From the NCBI RefSeq assembly GCF_009914755.1, contig NC_060932.1: DNA of 64,000 bases, one strand, 5' to 3'. Source of the stretch: the human T2T-CHM13v2.0 reference genome, Homo sapiens. Within the stretch, counting starts at the first letter, position 1. Each line of letters begins with the position of its first letter. Positions 58,866 through 64,000 of the stretch are shown piece by piece. Position numbers and translations under genes: made by a program. Under the pieces are notes generated by a model, which ran no database searches, was not told the DNA's origin, and saw only the letters and a list, made by a program, of their open reading frames with translations.

Positions 58866-61800
58866 ATCTCCATCATAACATGCTGCTCCAAACATATTAG
58901 ACTAACCTTTGCTTTTTTGTGGATGAAAGAAGTAGAATGAATTTTCGTGCAACACTATAATTGTGCCACTTTAAAATCTATTCGTTGGTTTATAGACTCA
59001 GTATCTTCCCTGGAGCATCACAAATCCATATGCCACCCCTGAGTGCTGGCTTTGGCATCAAGATCTCTGAGTTAGCTGACAGGTATAAATCCACACACAA
59101 TCAGACAGCTCCTTGTGCATTTACCTGGGTTTCTGTATGAATTGGAATAATTTATGTATAAATCTCTGTGGTGGGTATATCTCTGTGATGTCTTTGCAAT
59201 AACTAGTGCAAAGATTGTAAATTTTTTCCATTCACTTGAACTATGAAGTGTTTACTTCACAAGGGTAAATATTTTTATACTTATTACTCCCCAACAGACT
59301 AACTTAACAGAACAGTTGAATGTGTAGCATCTGTATACATGTATACTATCAGTTTTGAACAATGTCCACAAATCCTTGGAGCAATAGCTTTGAAAGTCTT
59401 TGCTCAATCTCTTACAAAATGTTTCTTCATGATTGAGTATCCAAGCACACAACTTGCTAGTAAATATATTTTATATGTTACAGTTTGAATGATATAGTCC
59501 ACCTATGAATTTAAGTAACACAATCACTGTCTAACAAATAATGTACTGATTCTCCTTCACATGGACTTACTGGCTAATCTGATTAGTACATTTCTTTACT
59601 TACTTTAGAAATTTGTATGGAACAACTAACTGGACCTATGGAAGCAAGACCAGAGATTAGAGTTGGATTTATTATTCTTATGCATTTTCACATAAAAGGC
59701 TCAGTATGGTGCTAGTCAGGAGGGAATGTTTTATCAGGTGTGATCTTGCAATGTGTAATTGTTGTTGGAATTTAGGGAAAATTATATTTAATAATACTCT
59801 ATAAGAAATATTCTCTTAAATGGCATTGCATGATTCTGACCACCATAACAAGTGACCTCATCCCAACAACATGATGGTGTCCTTGGTAAGTGACAGCATG
59901 GCTGGTCAGGAAGGAAGACCATGGCAAGTTCTCATGAAGTTAGTCTAGTGGTTGTGGAACTTAAGGTAAAAGAATACATACTCAGTGAATATCTGCTGAT
60001 CTGTGAATAGAACCCAGGCACTATTCTTTCTTCTTGATGAAGGTGTAGCTAAACTTACTACTTAGTGGCTTCTCTGAGATTCTAATGGTGCGGTGAATCA
60101 GAAAAGGTGCAATGTCATCTGGGAAGGATAGGAAAAATTACCCCAGCTCTTTTTTTAGATTACTAGTGTTGGGAAAATAGGGGTAAATTTTGTGAATCGC
60201 TAGTTACACTCTGAGAAAAATGCAGCTGGAAGCCCAGCTTTGTATTCCTGGTTTTGCTGATAGAATAGTCAGGGTGGAGAAGCTATCTGATAGGTATTTT
60301 TCATTGAATTCTTACCTATACTTGACTATCTGAAAATATACTTATATATGGAAGAATTTTTGGTATTTTTTATGCTTCAGTCTACTCAAAACGTTTGCAG
60401 CCTCCACTGTTACTACCACCACCATCATCACTGTAATTCTTATCATCATAAAACATCAGTTCTACATCTAGTATATGTATAGAACTGATATAGATTGCTG
60501 ATTGTAGGAGAAACTAGAGAAAGATTAAAAGGAAAATCCCTGAGGTGGTCTGAGTGACACCATTAGGTCTTTTTTAACCCTAAAATAGACGGAGAGGGTC
60601 ATAGTTAGAATGTCAGTGATAAAGCTTATTTAAAGAGGCATCTGTCCTTTTGGGAATTGGACTAAATATGGGGTATCAGAAGAAATGATTTGGTCTCCAA
60701 TAGCAGCAGATTCCAGGCAGGCTACCTGACTGCTCTGGGTCATGTGCCATTGTGGGTGCAGATGACACATACAGCCCAGCTCCTGGAGCCTCATAGACTA
60801 GATCTTCTTTTGGTTTCCTCCTTCTGGGTCTTAATTTTCTATCTGTATGATGCGATTGGTTAAAAATAATATCCTAGGTTCTTTCCAGGTCTAAAGTTCT
60901 GATTCTGCTCTTATTATACATTCTTTTCACTTGCCTAGTACCTAGGGTATATGCACTAGAATGTCTACAGGTGTTCTAAGACCACTGTTGTAGGCTTTCT
61001 CTGTTTATGTAAGTCCAAGGGGATATACAAGGGACTTTCCAGGGTTGATAATATTAGTGTCTAAACTCCCAGGAACTGGCATGGTTCATACATAGAGAGT
61101 CTTAAGCGTATTTACATAATGCAGTTAACCTTATGTCATTTCCAAATTTTAGCTATAATCAAATAAAACAATTTTCATTAAAAACACATATCTACATATT
61201 CGAAATGATGTCAAAAGTCTTCCGTGTCACTGATTCTAAGATATATACCATATAGACTGGAGAAGCCAAAATTGCCATCTAGATTTCATGTGGTGAGGTA
61301 TGCACAGCTGGAGTGCTGTGATTAACAAATAAGAACAACGCTTCGCAGGCTTGAAAGAACTATCCATTATGTCAATGAGAAAAATGGTTGCCAGAGCTAG
61401 ATTTGCTTTTAAATTAAAAGCTTGTCCTGGGTCACACTGTCACTGATTTAATATTCTGAAAATTGGATTTAAAATTGGATTTAAAACAAAGATATGACAT
61501 CCAGGCCTATCCTTGTTAAAAACAGGGGTATGGTGCACTCTGCTAGAAGAACAGAGCATTGCATTAGCCTTCCCTGAGAACTCCCTGGGGATAGGAATTC
61601 CCTGGATTCTAGGTTCTTAGAAATCTGATGTGAAGCTGAACGATTTTTAACCCCATGCCAACATTTCAGATTTAAAATTTTTAAAAACCTTAAGCATCCG
61701 TTTTAAAATTATCTGAACAAAGTATGTCAAACTATTTTCTCATCTTTATGATTCATAAGTAGGCTGTTTGAATCAGTTCTACTTCTTTTGTTTAATTTAT

Positions 61801-62121
61801 ACACATGCCATATTTCCCTGTTGGGGAATCCTTTTATATAAACAGAGCAGTGGGCATTGTGTGGGGTGAGTAACGATGAGTCAAATAGAGAATCATGCAC
61901 ATATAGAAGTAGGATCTATAGGGAACACCACTTGAAAAAGACTTGAGATGACTGGTTTGACTTCCCCTCAAGTCCATTCTATTTAAGAAGGACAGAGTTG
62001 CCTTTCTGAATCACCAATCTGACAGATTTCATCCATGTGAAAGCAGTCTGACTTCTTTTATCTGCAGTACAGGTAATAGTCATGAATAAAGATCTCAGTC
62101 TGGGGCTGAATTCTTTACTTT

Positions 62122-62158
<37 letters not shown>

Positions 62159-63139
62159 GTAGCAGAGAGTCAATAATCAAAGCAAAGGTAGCAATCGTAG
62201 CAATAACATCAACTAAATGATTCCCTATAACTTCTATCATTAGTTCATGGCATAGTCACTGTATCAGTGTGACGGTAACAATGAGGAAATGATCCTTTAG
62301 TGAGGCAAGGAAAGGATTTGTAAAGGCTTTTTTTGTTTTGATAGACTTCCAGCTCATTAATTAACTTCCTGTTTTGCAAGAGTAAAATTAATAACAATCC
62401 ATTTTTAAAATGTAGGCTAATTCCAGAAGACTGTCCCAAACAGTTTATAATACCTGAATTTGTTATTATAACATAAATTAAGAGGCATGTCTCAATAAAG
62501 TTTTGTATTTCCAGGAAATCTACTACTCGTAAGAGTGGCAGTCACAAATACATACCTTGTGGGATTTTCTTCCTGATGGGGTGATGGCTAGGTTTGAAAA
62601 CTTGAGTTCTAGAGGGGTGTGGGTTTCCTTACCTCATCCTAAGGAAAGCACCAATATTAGTTGAGTTCTTACTTCTGAAAAGTCATAAAGAGTTACAATT
62701 ATTTAAGGATATAATATCTACCTACTTTGAAATAAGGTTGGGATCAAATGAGAAAGAGGGAGGAAGCCTGAAGGTTTTATCTAACAAGCATGTCCAAATA
62801 CTCTAGAAAATATCACTGTGTTGCCTTCTCTAATCTGCTAATAGGAAAGTAGCATGTTGTCCATAAGGCATGCATCTGTTAGCTAGTGGAAGAAAAATTT
62901 AGCCCTGAGAGAAATGAACAAAAAGAAATAATTTTATTCCACAATCAGAGAGCAGATTTTCAGTTCTTAGAAGGAGTAGGAAAATCGTACTGACCTCCAT
63001 TATGAGATACATCACAGCTAAGCTTAAAGCAGGGCTTCGCCAGCCAGGCCAAGCTCCTCTTAGATGAGTTTTTTCCAGGGGCAAAGAAAGAAAAACTTGA
63101 GTTGTGATAATGGTCAGGTTTATGAGGTCAACTTGATAT

Positions 63140-63957
63140 ATATTTATTTAATTTTTATAGATTAACTGGGTGCATGTACAGTTGTTTTACATGGATACAT
63201 TGTATAGTGGTGAAGTCTGGGCTTTTAGTGTACCTGTCACCCAAAGAGTGAACATTGTACCCAATAGGTGGCATTTCATTCCTCGTGCCCCTTCCACCCT
63301 CCCACCTTTTGGAGTCTCCAGTGTCTGTTATTCCACTCTGTATGTCCATGTGTACCCATTGTTTAGCTCCTACTTAGAAGTGAGAAGATGTGTTTTTTGA
63401 CTTTCTGTTTATGTCATTTCACTTAGGATAATGACCTCCAGTTCCATCCAGTTGCTGCAAAAGTCATGATTTTACTCTTTTTAGTGGCTGTATAGTATTC
63501 CATGGCATCTATGTATTACATTTTCTTTATCCAGTCTGCTACTGATGGGCATTTAGGTTGATTCTATACCTTTGCTATTGTGAATGGTGCTGCAGTGAAC
63601 ATACACACACATTTGTTTTTATGATAGAACGATTTATATTCCTTTGGGTATATATCCAGAAATGGGATTGCTGGATCAAATGGTAGTTCTATTTTTAGCT
63701 CTTTGAGGGATTGCCACACTGCTTTCCACAATGTTTGAACTAATTTAGACTCCTGCCAGCAGTGTATGAAAGCGTTCCCTTTTCTCTGCAACCTCACAGG
63801 CGTCTGTTATTTTTTGACTTTTTGATAATAGCCATTCTAACTGGTGTAAGATGGTACTCTTGTGATTTTAATTTGCATTTCTCTGATGATTAGTTGTGTT
63901 GAGCATTTTTTTCATATGTCTGTTGGCTGCTTATATATCTTCTTTTGAAAAATGTAT
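63140..63957 (-). mobile_element. L1PB4-like 3' end, antisense to XKR4
   Basis: TAGTGGTGAAGTCTGGGCTTTTAGTGTACC 3'UTR and minus-strand peptide ELPFDPAIPFLDIYPKEYKS (ORF2 C-terminus). Confidence 0.85.
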
Positions 63958-64000
63958 TGAGAGCACCAGTGGGGTCAGCAGTTTGTGCATGTTTGACTGA

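Larger units (their letters stand above)
52855..64000 (+). other. XKR4: XKR4 intron 1 (continues beyond the window)
   Basis: Begins with GT; AT-rich and repeat-containing; no continuation of the XK domain found in the remaining ORFs. Confidence 0.85.

Overview
This is primate genomic DNA, almost certainly human because it carries an AluYb8 with its diagnostic 7-bp insertion. It covers about 50 kb upstream of XKR4 (XK-related phospholipid scramblase 4, recognised from its N-terminal sequence), the CpG-island promoter, coding exon 1 (ATG 52049, donor after 52854) and the first ~11 kb of intron 1. The upstream region is mostly transposon debris. It includes an inactivated, near full-length L1PA3/4-type LINE-1, a solo LTR12, a multi-layer nested stack (Tigger7 > MER6 > MER11/AluS/AluY/AluYb8), MER44A, MER47A, MER45, MER1B, THE1, MST and about 17 Alus/monomers. 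Nearly all short ORFs in the track are repeat-derived or GC-rich shadow frames. I found no evidence for a wholly new multi-gene system. The strongest non-obvious signals concern XKR4 regulation: a near-consensus 21-bp REST/RE1 site written into the coding sequence of exon 1, a 65-aa Arg/Cys-rich upstream ORF in the GC-rich leader, a weak exon-1 donor with in-frame read-through, a sense-oriented LTR12 upstream, and a CAGCTG E-box cluster in apparently unique DNA. Repeat subfamily names come from remembered consensus sequences, and boundaries without TSDs are approximate.
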